Shown: piece by piece, positions 42,031-50,892 of the stretch
Layout of the letters: each line of letters starts with the position of its first letter
Numbering within the stretch: position 1 is the first letter of the stretch
Sequence record: NC_054905.1
Direction: 5' to 3' (one strand)
Source of the DNA: Enterobacteria phage Kha5h
DNA length: 64,000 nucleotides
Notes under the pieces: generated by a model
What the model was told of the DNA's origin: nothing
Seen by the model: the letters and a program-made list of their open reading frames with translations, nothing else
Databases searched by the model: none
Position numbers and translations under genes: made by a program

Positions 42031-43055
42031 ATCTTAGCATATTTAGATAGCCGCATTTTAGCCATCAACCCCTGGGCAATATTATTTTTCATATATTCCA
42101 TAATTTGTTCAGGGGTTGCACCTTCCTTTCTAATCATATCATTGACATCTTTTGATTTCCAGGGAGATTTATCCCAAAACATAACCCTTTCTCCTGCATC
42201 AACTAATTTAGTCATTCGCTTAATAGTGTCAGGATGACGAGGTTCATTATCTAAAACCCACACACGTCTATCTTTAAATGGAACAACTTCTAGGTCTAAT
42301 TGACCACCCGTAATAGCTATACCATTTTCAATAAAAAGTGAATCTATAGGTCCTTCTAGAACATATACATCACCATCTTTAACTCGTTCGACTCCATAGA
42401 TTTTTGTTGCTTCAGGATAAGCTTTGATGGTGATATATTTTTGAGGAGCATCTTTCTTTAATGCACGTCCTTGAAAAGACTCAGCTTTTCCATTAGCATT
42501 ATAAATTGGAATAACAAGACGAGGCTCAGAAATTTCCTTTTTGTATGTTCCTGGTGCTATGCTATTAACTAATTTAGGCCATTCGGTTGTAAACCAAAGA
42601 TATTTCCATTTATCCTTTGGAATACAACGAGCTTTTACATATTTTATAATTGCATGGTCTTCCGCCAGTTTATCTAATCGAACACATGACGGAAGAGATT
42701 TAATTATTTTCTTCTCAGGTTGTTTAGGAAGTTCTTTAGGTTTTTCTACTGGACGACTTTTACCTTTTTCTTTTCTTATTTCAAAGATATACTCACGATA
42801 TAAATCAGGTTCAAACTCCTTTAAATATATTCCGATTGGTGCATGATAGTTACAGTTATAACAATGAATATTTCCTTCATTATTATCACCATAATACCAT
42901 CCACGAGCTTTATTCTGGTCGGTTTTTGAATCTCCACAAACAGGACATCTAAACCGTAATTTAAAAGTTGAACTATTATTTACTTGTGTGAATTTAGGTA
43001 AATGAGCTAATGCACGGTATGCAAACTCATTATCAATCCAAGGTATTGATGACAT
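42027..43055 (-). CDS. 61: DNA primase gp61
   Basis: 342 aa; zinc-ribbon CPVC...CYNC and Toprim region. Confidence 0.95.
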   Translation of the reverse strand: MSSIPWIDNEFAYRALAHLPKFTQVNNSSTFKLRFRCPVCGDSKTDQNKARGWYYGDNNEGNIHCYNCNYHAPIGIYLKEFEPDLYREYIFEIRKEKGKSRPVEKPKELPKQPEKKIIKSLPSCVRLDKLAEDHAIIKYVKARCIPKDKWKYLWFTTEWPKLVNSIAPGTYKKEISEPRLVIPIYNANGKAESFQGRALKKDAPQKYITIKAYPEATKIYGVERVKDGDVYVLEGPIDSLFIENGIAITGGQLDLEVVPFKDRRVWVLDNEPRHPDTIKRMTKLVDAGERVMFWDKSPWKSKDVNDMIRKEGATPEQIMEYMKNNIAQGLMAKMRLSKYAKI

Positions 43056-43057
43056 TT

Positions 43058-43222
43058 TTACTCTTCTTTTTCTTTAGATTCCTCTTTTTTCTTTTTAGGA
43101 ATCTGCTCAGGGCCTTTATTTACTACAGCGCCTGACGTTGTTCCAGTAGAGATATTTTCAGGATTACCACCTGAATCTCCAGCGACCATATCTTCTTTAA
43201 TAAATTCTTTATATGTTTTCAT
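43058..43222 (-). CDS. possible small protein (54 aa)
   Basis: hand-translated MKTYKEFIKEDMVAGDSGGNPENISTGTTSGAVVNKGPEQIPKKKKEESKEKEE; ATG lies inside the 49-bp junction repeat. Confidence 0.45.
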   Translation of the reverse strand: MKTYKEFIKEDMVAGDSGGNPENISTGTTSGAVVNKGPEQIPKKKKEESKEKEE

Positions 43223-43268
43223 ATTAACCTCTATTCATAAAAGCATTAAAAATTTGGTCATCAATAGA
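43220..43268. repeat. 49-bp direct repeat, copy 1 (gene-junction repeat)
   Basis: 48/49 identical to 43578..43626; covers the last 14 codons, stop, and next start codon. Confidence 0.9.
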
Positions 43269-43580
43269 TGGAATAGCAACCTTTTCGGCATCATTTAGCA
43301 AATCATTAATTTCATCAGATAGCATAACACATGTGCCTTTATTTCCTGTAATTGTTACTGCACAATTACGAACGTTTTCTTTATCAAATTTTAGGTTAAT
43401 ATTTTCGTAGTGAAAATCCTTTAATGCCGAATATATCTTTAAAATGAAATTGTCTTTTACTACAATAAACCCAACTTCACTATTAAAACGTGGTTCATGG
43501 AAACTGTAATAAACCTTTTCATCTATAAAATCGTATGAAATTTTTTCCATTTTTAAATATGAAAATTCAGAACTATACAT
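43224..43580 (-). CDS. hypothetical protein (118 aa), paralog of the adjacent 208-aa protein
   Basis: shares C-terminal SIDDQIFNAFMNRG and an F(I/V)VKDNxI motif with 43582..44208. Confidence 0.6.
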   Translation of the reverse strand: MYSSEFSYLKMEKISYDFIDEKVYYSFHEPRFNSEVGFIVVKDNFILKIYSALKDFHYENINLKFDKENVRNCAVTITGNKGTCVMLSDEINDLLNDAEKVAIPSIDDQIFNAFMNRG

Positions 43581-43626
43581 ATTAACCTTTATTCATAAAA
43601 GCATTAAAAATTTGGTCATCAATAGA
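43578..43626. repeat. 49-bp direct repeat, copy 2
   Basis: see copy 1. Confidence 0.9.
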
Positions 43627-44208
43627 AACATTTACTTTAGACTGTTTTTCAGATGGCAATTCATATCCACATATTACAATTTTATGATCAATATTAAAAT
43701 ACACAGAAGCAATATGATTAATGATATTTTCAGTGAAGTCTAAATCGACATCAATATCTTTTTGACCAAAGCCCAAAGGATAAATAATGCGAGTAATTCG
43801 ATTATCTTTAACAAAGATTCCACCGACATACTCTGTACTGCGTTTAAAGTCTACACGCCGACGAAATGAAAAATATTCAGGCTCTCTATGAGCTCGGCTC
43901 ATAGGACACAACGAGTAACTAGAATAAGAGATGTCAAATCCTACACCTTCGATATGAGCCAAAGTGTTATGATTAAACCAATTATAATCGTACGCCAAAT
44001 CCATTAGATTATAATATGTAAAAGGCACCGGATTAACATCATTAGTCACAAGCATATAATTAGCAACTGCTATAATTTCATTGTTTTTAACGAATACAAA
44101 CCGTGATTGATGCGAATGACCTGGACCCGCGTTTTCACGATTAATGATATAACACTGGGCACCTTTATATTTGTATGTATCTTTGCACTTGTGCATTTGA
44201 TAGAGCAT
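43582..44208 (-). CDS. hypothetical protein (208 aa), 61.2-like by position
   Basis: track ORF with two internal copies of the FVKNN/FVKDN motif; C-terminal SIDDQIFNAFMNKG. Confidence 0.6.
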   Translation of the reverse strand: MLYQMHKCKDTYKYKGAQCYIINRENAGPGHSHQSRFVFVKNNEIIAVANYMLVTNDVNPVPFTYYNLMDLAYDYNWFNHNTLAHIEGVGFDISYSSYSLCPMSRAHREPEYFSFRRRVDFKRSTEYVGGIFVKDNRITRIIYPLGFGQKDIDVDLDFTENIINHIASVYFNIDHKIVICGYELPSEKQSKVNVSIDDQIFNAFMNKG

Positions 44209-44501
44209 TATTCACCTACCACTTCAGCGATGATATTTTTGTTATTAAAGTTTTTATCGCAATACAGAACATAATTATACTGCATTACACCACCAGACTT
44301 AAGTTGTTTTTGCACTTCAGCTTTCATTTCAGGACGATCGCGCTCAACGATATTCATAATATCCGCTTCAATTTGAGTTTCAACTTCAGTCTGATCTGCA
44401 GTCATAGACCATTCACACAAATCTTTATCATATCCTGCCATAGCAGGCTGAGCAGCGCAAGAAGCTAAAGCAAAAATTGTGGCAAAGATAAATTTTTTCA
44501 T
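44208..44501 (-). CDS. sp: periplasmic protein Spackle-like (superinfection exclusion)
   Basis: 97 aa with N-terminal signal peptide MKKFIFATIFALASCAAQPAMA, size and position as T4 sp. Confidence 0.7.
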   Translation of the reverse strand: MKKFIFATIFALASCAAQPAMAGYDKDLCEWSMTADQTEVETQIEADIMNIVERDRPEMKAEVQKQLKSGGVMQYNYVLYCDKNFNNKNIIAEVVGE

Positions 44502-44561
44502 GATAATCTCCTCAGTAGTTTATGTTTATATAGTATCTCAATTTCCAACAAAAGTAAACAG

Positions 44562-44861
44562 CTATTTTAAAACTTCTGCGTAATCACATGTTACAAACTG
44601 TTTCTCTAGCTTAACGATTTTACGAAAATACCTTTTATACTGACGAATCTGCCTCTTCGTAGGACGTACAGCAAACTTAATAAATTCCACTAGACCAAAT
44701 GGAGGACTTTCTTCTGCTGGAATATCTAACACCAATTCCCACGTATCTGCAATAAGTGCTTTGAATTGCGTATTTTTCCTGACGTTATACGGAGTAGGTT
44801 TAAATAAAACAATATGCATATTATCCTCGGCAATCCACTTCGCACACTTTCTTGTCATCAA
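44562..44861 (-). CDS. hypothetical protein (99 aa), 61.4-like by position
   Basis: track ORF. Confidence 0.5.
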   Translation of the reverse strand: MMTRKCAKWIAEDNMHIVLFKPTPYNVRKNTQFKALIADTWELVLDIPAEESPPFGLVEFIKFAVRPTKRQIRQYKRYFRKIVKLEKQFVTCDYAEVLK

Positions 44862-45003
44862 TGAAAGCTTTAACTAATGCTTTATTAACTTCAGCATACT
44901 GAGTAGTAGCCCATTGAACGTCATCTTTCATCATTGTGGTTTCTTTAGTAAACATGCTTTCATTCTTAAACCACCCCATAAAAACTACCTTTACCAATTC
45001 CAT
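44821..45003 (-). CDS. dmd: Dmd-like antitoxin (discriminator of mRNA degradation)
   Basis: 60 aa at the T4 dmd position next to gene 41. Confidence 0.65.
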   Translation of the reverse strand: MELVKVVFMGWFKNESMFTKETTMMKDDVQWATTQYAEVNKALVKAFIDDKKVCEVDCRG

Positions 45004-45032
45004 AACAATCTCCTCATTTAACCAACAAGACT

Positions 45033-45062
45033 ACTATACCATAGTCTCGTCAGCTTGTAAAC
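45033..45062 (-). promoter_or_regulatory. phage early promoter (GTTTAC, 18 nt, TATAGT) upstream of the dmd-like gene
   Basis: minus-strand GTTTAC 45057..45062, TATAGT 45033..45038. Confidence 0.5.
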
Positions 45063-46489
45063 TAAAATTTTAATTCATTCGCCAAAGCATCTAACTGAGC
45101 TCGAGTCGATTCGTTTCTTTGATAGCGATTCTGTTCAGCCTGAATCTGTTGTGAACCTGCTACCTCACTCACTTCAGTTGGAGTAGAATCTTGTTCAATT
45201 TCTACCCATTTCTGATTTCCCTTTTGAACACCCATCAAAAACTTATTCCACTTATTCTTATCGCCATATCGTGATTTGATTTGCTTAATGAGTTGTTGTT
45301 CAGCAGCTGCTAGCTCCTCGGTTTCAATGACCGCAAGCATAAAATCAGCTGTTGCTGGAAGACCAGCAGATTCTGCAATATCGCTCATGTTAACATCAGA
45401 AGAGTCCCAAGCTTGTTTACCGACCTGTGCTGCAGTCCAAAGAACAGTTTCGGTTTCAACAGCCAGAGCACGCAATTCCTCTGCAATAGCTTTAACAGTT
45501 GTGTAACTATTTTCTGAATAAACTCTGATGCGGCAAGATTTACAAATACCTAGATAGTCGACAATAATGATTGTTGGAACAAAATTCTTTTTGAGCTTTA
45601 ATTCATTTAAAAGTGATCGAAATGTATTAGCATCTGCTCCACCAGTAGGGTACTGTTTAACGATTAAACGACCAAGAGTAGATTTCTCACGCCATTTTTC
45701 CATTTTTCCTTTATACTCGGCGTAAGAAATATGTCCATCATCAATATCGTCAAGAGAAACATCGAGCATATTAGCATCAATACGTTTAGCGCAGACTTCT
45801 TCTGCCATTTCCATGGAGATATAAAGAACGTTATGACCAAGCTGCAAATAATCTGCTGCTAATGAACAAAGTCCTAATGATTTACCAACGTTAACGCCAG
45901 CCATTAAAACGTTCAGTGTTCCAGTCTCAGCTCCGCCTTTAGTAATTTTGTTTAGAATTCTGAGTTTAAATGGAACCTTACGAGCTTTATTCATATAAGA
46001 TAGCCAACGCGCTTCGTAGTCATCCATCCAATCATGACCAACGTAACTATCAAATGAAATTGATAATGCTTGGCGCATGATGTCAGGAATAGCACCTACA
46101 TCTGGCATTTTCTTATTTCGTTTTTCCGGAGGAAGCTCAGCATTAGTTTGAATTTCGATTATTTTAGACGTAGCATTAAACATCGCCCTTTGCTGAACAT
46201 ATTTTTCTGTTTCTTTTACTAACCAACTGTGGTCTTCCGGAGAATCAGCTAGTTTTGAAATAAGTGTTTTTACACCAGAATATTCTGTTTCAGTAAATGA
46301 ACTATTTTCTAATGCAACATTTAACGCATTAATAGATGGAACGCTATGATACTCATTGACATGAGATTTAATTAATTTGAATGTATTTTTAGCTGGACCA
46401 CTTTCAAAATATTCTGAATCCATATATGGCCAAACTTTTGAAAAATAAGCTTGATCAAATATGAGATGAGAAAGAATAATTTCTACCAC
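45062..46489 (-). CDS. 41: replicative DNA helicase gp41 (DnaB-like)
   Basis: 475 aa; Walker A GVNVGKS. Confidence 0.95.
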   Translation of the reverse strand: MVEIILSHLIFDQAYFSKVWPYMDSEYFESGPAKNTFKLIKSHVNEYHSVPSINALNVALENSSFTETEYSGVKTLISKLADSPEDHSWLVKETEKYVQQRAMFNATSKIIEIQTNAELPPEKRNKKMPDVGAIPDIMRQALSISFDSYVGHDWMDDYEARWLSYMNKARKVPFKLRILNKITKGGAETGTLNVLMAGVNVGKSLGLCSLAADYLQLGHNVLYISMEMAEEVCAKRIDANMLDVSLDDIDDGHISYAEYKGKMEKWREKSTLGRLIVKQYPTGGADANTFRSLLNELKLKKNFVPTIIIVDYLGICKSCRIRVYSENSYTTVKAIAEELRALAVETETVLWTAAQVGKQAWDSSDVNMSDIAESAGLPATADFMLAVIETEELAAAEQQLIKQIKSRYGDKNKWNKFLMGVQKGNQKWVEIEQDSTPTEVSEVAGSQQIQAEQNRYQRNESTRAQLDALANELKF

Positions 46490-46498
46490 ACTTACTCC

Positions 46499-46840
46499 TT
46501 AAAAGAATTTAAATTTTTTCTTTGACCTTTTATTAAATGCATCTTGCAGTTGCATTGTAATACATTTTTCTACATGAGGAGCTAACTCAGCTTTTCTTTC
46601 TTGGTCAAGAACAGCAAAGTCCATTACAACCTTTCCATCAACCCAATCCAGTTTAGTTACATACACTATATGTGTAGAACCATCTTCTAGTTTAATGACA
46701 ATCTCCTGGATAACATTTTCCATGGCAGATTTAATTATCTTAAGAGACTCGTTAAAAAGACGTTCTTTTCTTTCTTCCCCCTCCGAAGAGGGGGATTCAT
46801 CGATAATTTCTAGATCTAAGTCTAAATCATCTTTATTCAT
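46499..46840 (-). CDS. 40: gp40 head vertex assembly chaperone
   Basis: position between uvsX and 41; acidic N-terminus; start set to internal ATG. Confidence 0.65.
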   Translation of the reverse strand: MNKDDLDLDLEIIDESPSSEGEERKERLFNESLKIIKSAMENVIQEIVIKLEDGSTHIVYVTKLDWVDGKVVMDFAVLDQERKAELAPHVEKCITMQLQDAFNKRSKKKFKFF

Positions 46841-48014
46841 TAAATTCTTCCATATCACTTAACTGCTCGAGGTCAGTTTCTAAATCAGCTGCTGATTTAC
46901 TTTTACTTTCTGGAGATTTAAATTTTTCAACCTTTGAGTTAATCAATTCATCAACTTCAGCTTCAACAATTTCATTACTATCAATAGCACCTAACTGATA
47001 AGCACGTTTAATAGCATCTCGGAATGGTTGATGCTTAAATAAAGGACCCCAGAATGTAGTGCAGTTGGTATCTTTTGCACGCCAAGATTTTTCTTCGCGA
47101 ATCATCTCGCCAGTTTCTTCGTCAAGAAATTCACGAGCATACCAACCATTCTTAGGTTTTACAACAAATCCTAATTCTAGAGCCATATCTAACAATCCAG
47201 AATAAGGATCGATACCACCGTCAAATTTAACATCAATAAAGAATTTACTTTTTTCTTTAACGGTACGAGATTTTTCTACATTTAGAACAAATTGATACCC
47301 CTGAAGATCAGAACCATCTTTAATCTGGCGTTTACCGATAATGAATACAGTATCAGCCGAATACATTACGCCTGTACCACCTGTCATCACGGTTTTACTA
47401 AACATTTCAATTGTTTCAATTGTATGGTTAACCGCAACACATGGAATATTTTTAATGCTAAAATAAGGAGTAACAATACGGAATAATGACTTCAGTGATT
47501 TAGCACGAGTCATATCTGCCACAGATTTTTCATTCAAGGCATCTTCCGTTTCTTTCTTAGAAGCCATATTACCGATTGAGTCGATGAATACAATAACCTT
47601 TTCACCACGCTCAATAGCTTCAAGCTGGTTCACCATATCAATTTTCAGCTGTTCAACTGACTGAATTGGCGTATGAATTACTCGTTCCGGGTCAACTCCC
47701 ATGGATCGTAAATAAGCTGGAGTAATACCAAATTCGCTATCATAGAATAGACAAACCGCGTCAGGATATTTGTTCAAATATGCCGCAACCATAGTCAAAG
47801 ACATATTTGATTTAAAGTGTTTAGAAGGCCCTGCGAAAATAGTTAAACCAGACTGCATGCCGCCATCAATCGCACCAGAAATAGCAATATTAAGCATTGG
47901 GATTTTTGTACGGATTACATCCTTTTCATTAAAGAATTTAGATGTAGTCAGTTCAGCAGTCATTTTAGAAGTGGAAGCTTTAATCAAACGGGATTTTAAA
48001 TCTGCAATAGACAT
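46833..48014 (-). CDS. uvsX: UvsX recombinase (RecA-like)
   Basis: 393 aa, MSIADLKSRLIKASTSK..., Walker A GPSKHFKS. Confidence 0.95.
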   Translation of the reverse strand: MSIADLKSRLIKASTSKMTAELTTSKFFNEKDVIRTKIPMLNIAISGAIDGGMQSGLTIFAGPSKHFKSNMSLTMVAAYLNKYPDAVCLFYDSEFGITPAYLRSMGVDPERVIHTPIQSVEQLKIDMVNQLEAIERGEKVIVFIDSIGNMASKKETEDALNEKSVADMTRAKSLKSLFRIVTPYFSIKNIPCVAVNHTIETIEMFSKTVMTGGTGVMYSADTVFIIGKRQIKDGSDLQGYQFVLNVEKSRTVKEKSKFFIDVKFDGGIDPYSGLLDMALELGFVVKPKNGWYAREFLDEETGEMIREEKSWRAKDTNCTTFWGPLFKHQPFRDAIKRAYQLGAIDSNEIVEAEVDELINSKVEKFKSPESKSKSAADLETDLEQLSDMEEFNE

Positions 48015-48091
48015 TCATTTTTTCCATAGGCATCATTATATTTTCCTCACTGGTTAAAGATAGAGTAATTATAACACAATAAATTTAGGCA

Positions 48092-48940
48092 TTAATCAAC
48101 TGCTATTGGATGAATAGCATTAAACTTATGAAATGCTTCTGATTTTTCTTTACGTGAAACACACATGCGAAGAACCTTTAATGGCTCGTCTTCTTCACCC
48201 AACGATTTTCGTTTTTCAATATTAGAAGTTTTCCAACGAGCTTGCTCTGGAAACTCTCTATTGATTTGCTCAAGCGCTCTATTATGTTTAGAATTACTGC
48301 GAATTGAACTACACCCGCCAGGAGCTTGTGCTTTTCCAGATACAACCAGATATTTGAACAAGGCCAAATGCGGATAACCTTGACTAATTAAATTGAGAAA
48401 TGCATACATATCTTCGCATAAATCAATTTTTCCATACCCAATTTGTTCTGTAGTAAGTTTTCCGAGGTCATACCATGTATTCGTGAATCCATATGAATTT
48501 TCACGATAATTACCCCAAGATGAAGTAATTTTAAAAATAGGTAGACGAGCATGGCCATGATAATACCCACAATCCATGGCATCCTCAACATATTGAATCA
48601 ATTCATAGAACTGTTCATGAGTCAATTGATTGACTTTATCCACACAACGACGGTCATCTCTTTTTCGCATTGAACTCATACGAATAGTAGTATCATCGTC
48701 AATCATCCAAATTCGTTGACCTGCATACATATCAGTAATTGCTTTACGAGTACCGGCAATTCCGTTTACATCATCAGGAATAGTTATAATTTTAGCTCTA
48801 GACCCATAAGCATCATAATAAGCTTTTTCTTCGTGTTCACGCACTACAATATGGGGTTCATAATCAGTCGGAAACATATTAAGGGCAGAAACTGCCCCTA
48901 CACGCTGATAACTTGGAATTACGAATTGAATCATTTCCAC
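48092..48940 (-). CDS. putative DNA-modifying glycosyltransferase at the beta-gt locus (not T4 beta-gt-like)
   Basis: 282 aa with DXD-like motif WMIDDDTT; T4 beta-gt at this locus is ~351 aa. Confidence 0.45.
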   Translation of the reverse strand: MEMIQFVIPSYQRVGAVSALNMFPTDYEPHIVVREHEEKAYYDAYGSRAKIITIPDDVNGIAGTRKAITDMYAGQRIWMIDDDTTIRMSSMRKRDDRRCVDKVNQLTHEQFYELIQYVEDAMDCGYYHGHARLPIFKITSSWGNYRENSYGFTNTWYDLGKLTTEQIGYGKIDLCEDMYAFLNLISQGYPHLALFKYLVVSGKAQAPGGCSSIRSNSKHNRALEQINREFPEQARWKTSNIEKRKSLGEEDEPLKVLRMCVSRKEKSEAFHKFNAIHPIAVD

Positions 48941-49671
48941 TCACCGTTATAATCTTTTTTCACAATATGAGTTTCGCCAGTATTCCACCAATGATCAACC
49001 AAGTAAAAATGACGAGAATATACATGAAGACTTCCAACATTCCATATAATAGAACCTGCTTTATACTGACGAGTTGAATCGCCTGCATTCAAATCAGATA
49101 CTAATTTATCTAATACGTATTTTTGCCATGCATAATCATTACGGAATCCGAAGACCACGTCATTTGAGCGCATGCTTACTACTGCATTGACTTTCTTATC
49201 ACGAATCAGGTACTGTACTGTATTAGTACACATGAAATCTGACATACCATCTTTATTGTAGTCAAATTGCATGGATGGACGAGTATAAATCATGATACCA
49301 CGCCGAGAATCAGGATTTTGACCAAGTTCAGCTAAACACATATCATACTGGGCATAGTTATCTTCTGACCAAATAGCCCAACCATAATTCGAGTTAATTT
49401 CGCCTTTAGAAGATGCTACCTGCTGCCAAATCTTTGGTGTTTCACCTGGAATATCTTTAACAAACAAGCTCTTAGATTTATACCATTCAAGTTCGCGCTG
49501 AATGTATTCATCATTAAGAGCGCCAAAAATAAACGGTTCATCTGCTACAAATGATGCGCCAATAATTTCAATAGTTTTAACACCAGTTTTATCAACTACG
49601 AAATCTTTTTCCTTTAATGCAAGCCCCAAATGAAGACGGATTTCTTCAACTGTCATAGAGTCACTAATCAT
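48931..49671 (-). CDS. 42: dCMP hydroxymethylase gp42
   Basis: 246 aa, thymidylate-synthase-like fold sequence. Confidence 0.95.
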   Translation of the reverse strand: MISDSMTVEEIRLHLGLALKEKDFVVDKTGVKTIEIIGASFVADEPFIFGALNDEYIQRELEWYKSKSLFVKDIPGETPKIWQQVASSKGEINSNYGWAIWSEDNYAQYDMCLAELGQNPDSRRGIMIYTRPSMQFDYNKDGMSDFMCTNTVQYLIRDKKVNAVVSMRSNDVVFGFRNDYAWQKYVLDKLVSDLNAGDSTRQYKAGSIIWNVGSLHVYSRHFYLVDHWWNTGETHIVKKDYNGEWK

Positions 49672-49697
49672 TTAAACCTCAATTGATGCATTCATAT

Positions 49698-49829
49698 TTA
49701 AATTGTAACAGTAATAAACCCCACCCCTATGATAAGAGTTGGAATCATAGCAGGAACTGTTACGCTATAGTATATACTTATTATAACCATCAAGATTAAA
49801 AGCAACACTGTTATAATTTTGCTTTTCAT
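49698..49829 (-). CDS. small membrane peptide (43 aa)
   Basis: MKSKIITVLLLILMVIISIYYSVTVPAMIPTLIIGVGFITVTI; ATGA overlap with imm stop. Confidence 0.4.
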   Translation of the reverse strand: MKSKIITVLLLILMVIISIYYSVTVPAMIPTLIIGVGFITVTI

Positions 49830-50077
49830 TCTTTCTCTCTGATGATAATTACCTGATTTGGCTGTGCAGACTTTTTAGTTTCACCAGCAATTGACCAAAT
49901 AAATGTAATAAACCAACCAATAATTGACCAGTTAAACAGTAAAGATGTGAAAAAGATTCCTACTGTCGATTTTGACCCACGCATCAAGGCGATAAACCAT
50001 GGAAGCATGTATATAATAATAGCCAACACACCTGAAACTAAAACCATAAAAATTGAACCTGCTACTAAAGTTTCCAT
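49826..50077 (-). CDS. imm: superinfection immunity protein Imm
   Basis: 83 aa membrane protein, METLVAGSIFMVLVSGVLAIIIYMLPWFIALMRG... Confidence 0.85.
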   Translation of the reverse strand: METLVAGSIFMVLVSGVLAIIIYMLPWFIALMRGSKSTVGIFFTSLLFNWSIIGWFITFIWSIAGETKKSAQPNQVIIIREKE

Positions 50078-50084
50078 GTTTTCC

Positions 50085-50465
50085 TCACTTAGTCAAATTT
50101 TTTACACATGAATTATAAGAATTCACTACATACTCCATCGGAGCATTTTTACCAGTACGCCATTGGTAATTATTAGCCCAATTAGCCCAAATTTCGGCGC
50201 AGTAGTTTTCAATTTTTTCTTCGCGTGTAATTACATCAGAATTACGATATGCTTGAGCAGATTCATCTGGACGAATAGCTTCGTCAAAATTCGCCTGCAT
50301 TTGTTCGACTGTTTGCTTTGGAGCTTCTTTATAACACTTGACATTAGGATTATAAAATTTGCTTGAACAGTTTACAATTTTTCCTACATCAGACTGATTT
50401 ACTACCGGTCCTTGAGCTACACAACCAGTAAGACCTAATGCAATAACCAAAATAGCGATTTTCAT
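50085..50465 (-). CDS. putative lipoprotein (126 aa)
   Basis: signal peptide with lipobox LTGC: MKIAILVIALGLTGCVAQ... Confidence 0.6.
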   Translation of the reverse strand: MKIAILVIALGLTGCVAQGPVVNQSDVGKIVNCSSKFYNPNVKCYKEAPKQTVEQMQANFDEAIRPDESAQAYRNSDVITREEKIENYCAEIWANWANNYQWRTGKNAPMEYVVNSYNSCVKNLTK

Positions 50466-50475
50466 AATAATTTCC

Positions 50476-50712
50476 TCAAATGCAAGTAGTAATTACTCCA
50501 GTAGTGCTTATGCAGGTATTACCCATTTGCACACCTAAAGATCCATTTGTATTCACATGAAGATTATCATCAATTTTAACTGATATTTTACCATTAGTGT
50601 GAATAACGGTGCTAGATTCAATCACAGGTTGAGTATCATTTTCAACACTAACAAATGGAACTGCTGCTAATGCAACTAAACAAACTGCTAAGCATCCCAT
50701 AACAATTTTCAT
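50476..50712 (-). CDS. putative secreted Cys-containing protein (78 aa)
   Basis: ATG 50712 after conserved leader; MKIVMGCLAVCLVALAAVPFVSVEN... Confidence 0.55.
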   Translation of the reverse strand: MKIVMGCLAVCLVALAAVPFVSVENDTQPVIESSTVIHTNGKISVKIDDNLHVNTNGSLGVQMGNTCISTTGVITTCI

Positions 50713-50746
50713 TTTATTCTCCAAATCCGTATTAGTTGATAGTTGT

Positions 50747-50776
50747 ATAGTACCATGGAAGAACAGTCTTGTAAAC
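50747..50776 (-). promoter_or_regulatory. phage early promoter (GTTTAC, 18 nt, TACTAT)
   Basis: minus-strand GTTTAC 50771..50776, TACTAT 50747..50752. Confidence 0.5.
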
Positions 50777-50862
50777 AGTTTTGTGAAAATTTTTTAGGGA
50801 ATTCTAAAGGTCCAGAATCATCTGTTTTTCATAAGTATAGATTTATATTACTTGTATGAAAA

Positions 50863-50880
50863 AGGGACCCGGAGGTCCCT
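50863..50880 (-). terminator. hairpin after gene 43
   Basis: agggacc cgga ggtccct. Confidence 0.5.
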
Positions 50881-50892
50881 AGATTTATTCTA

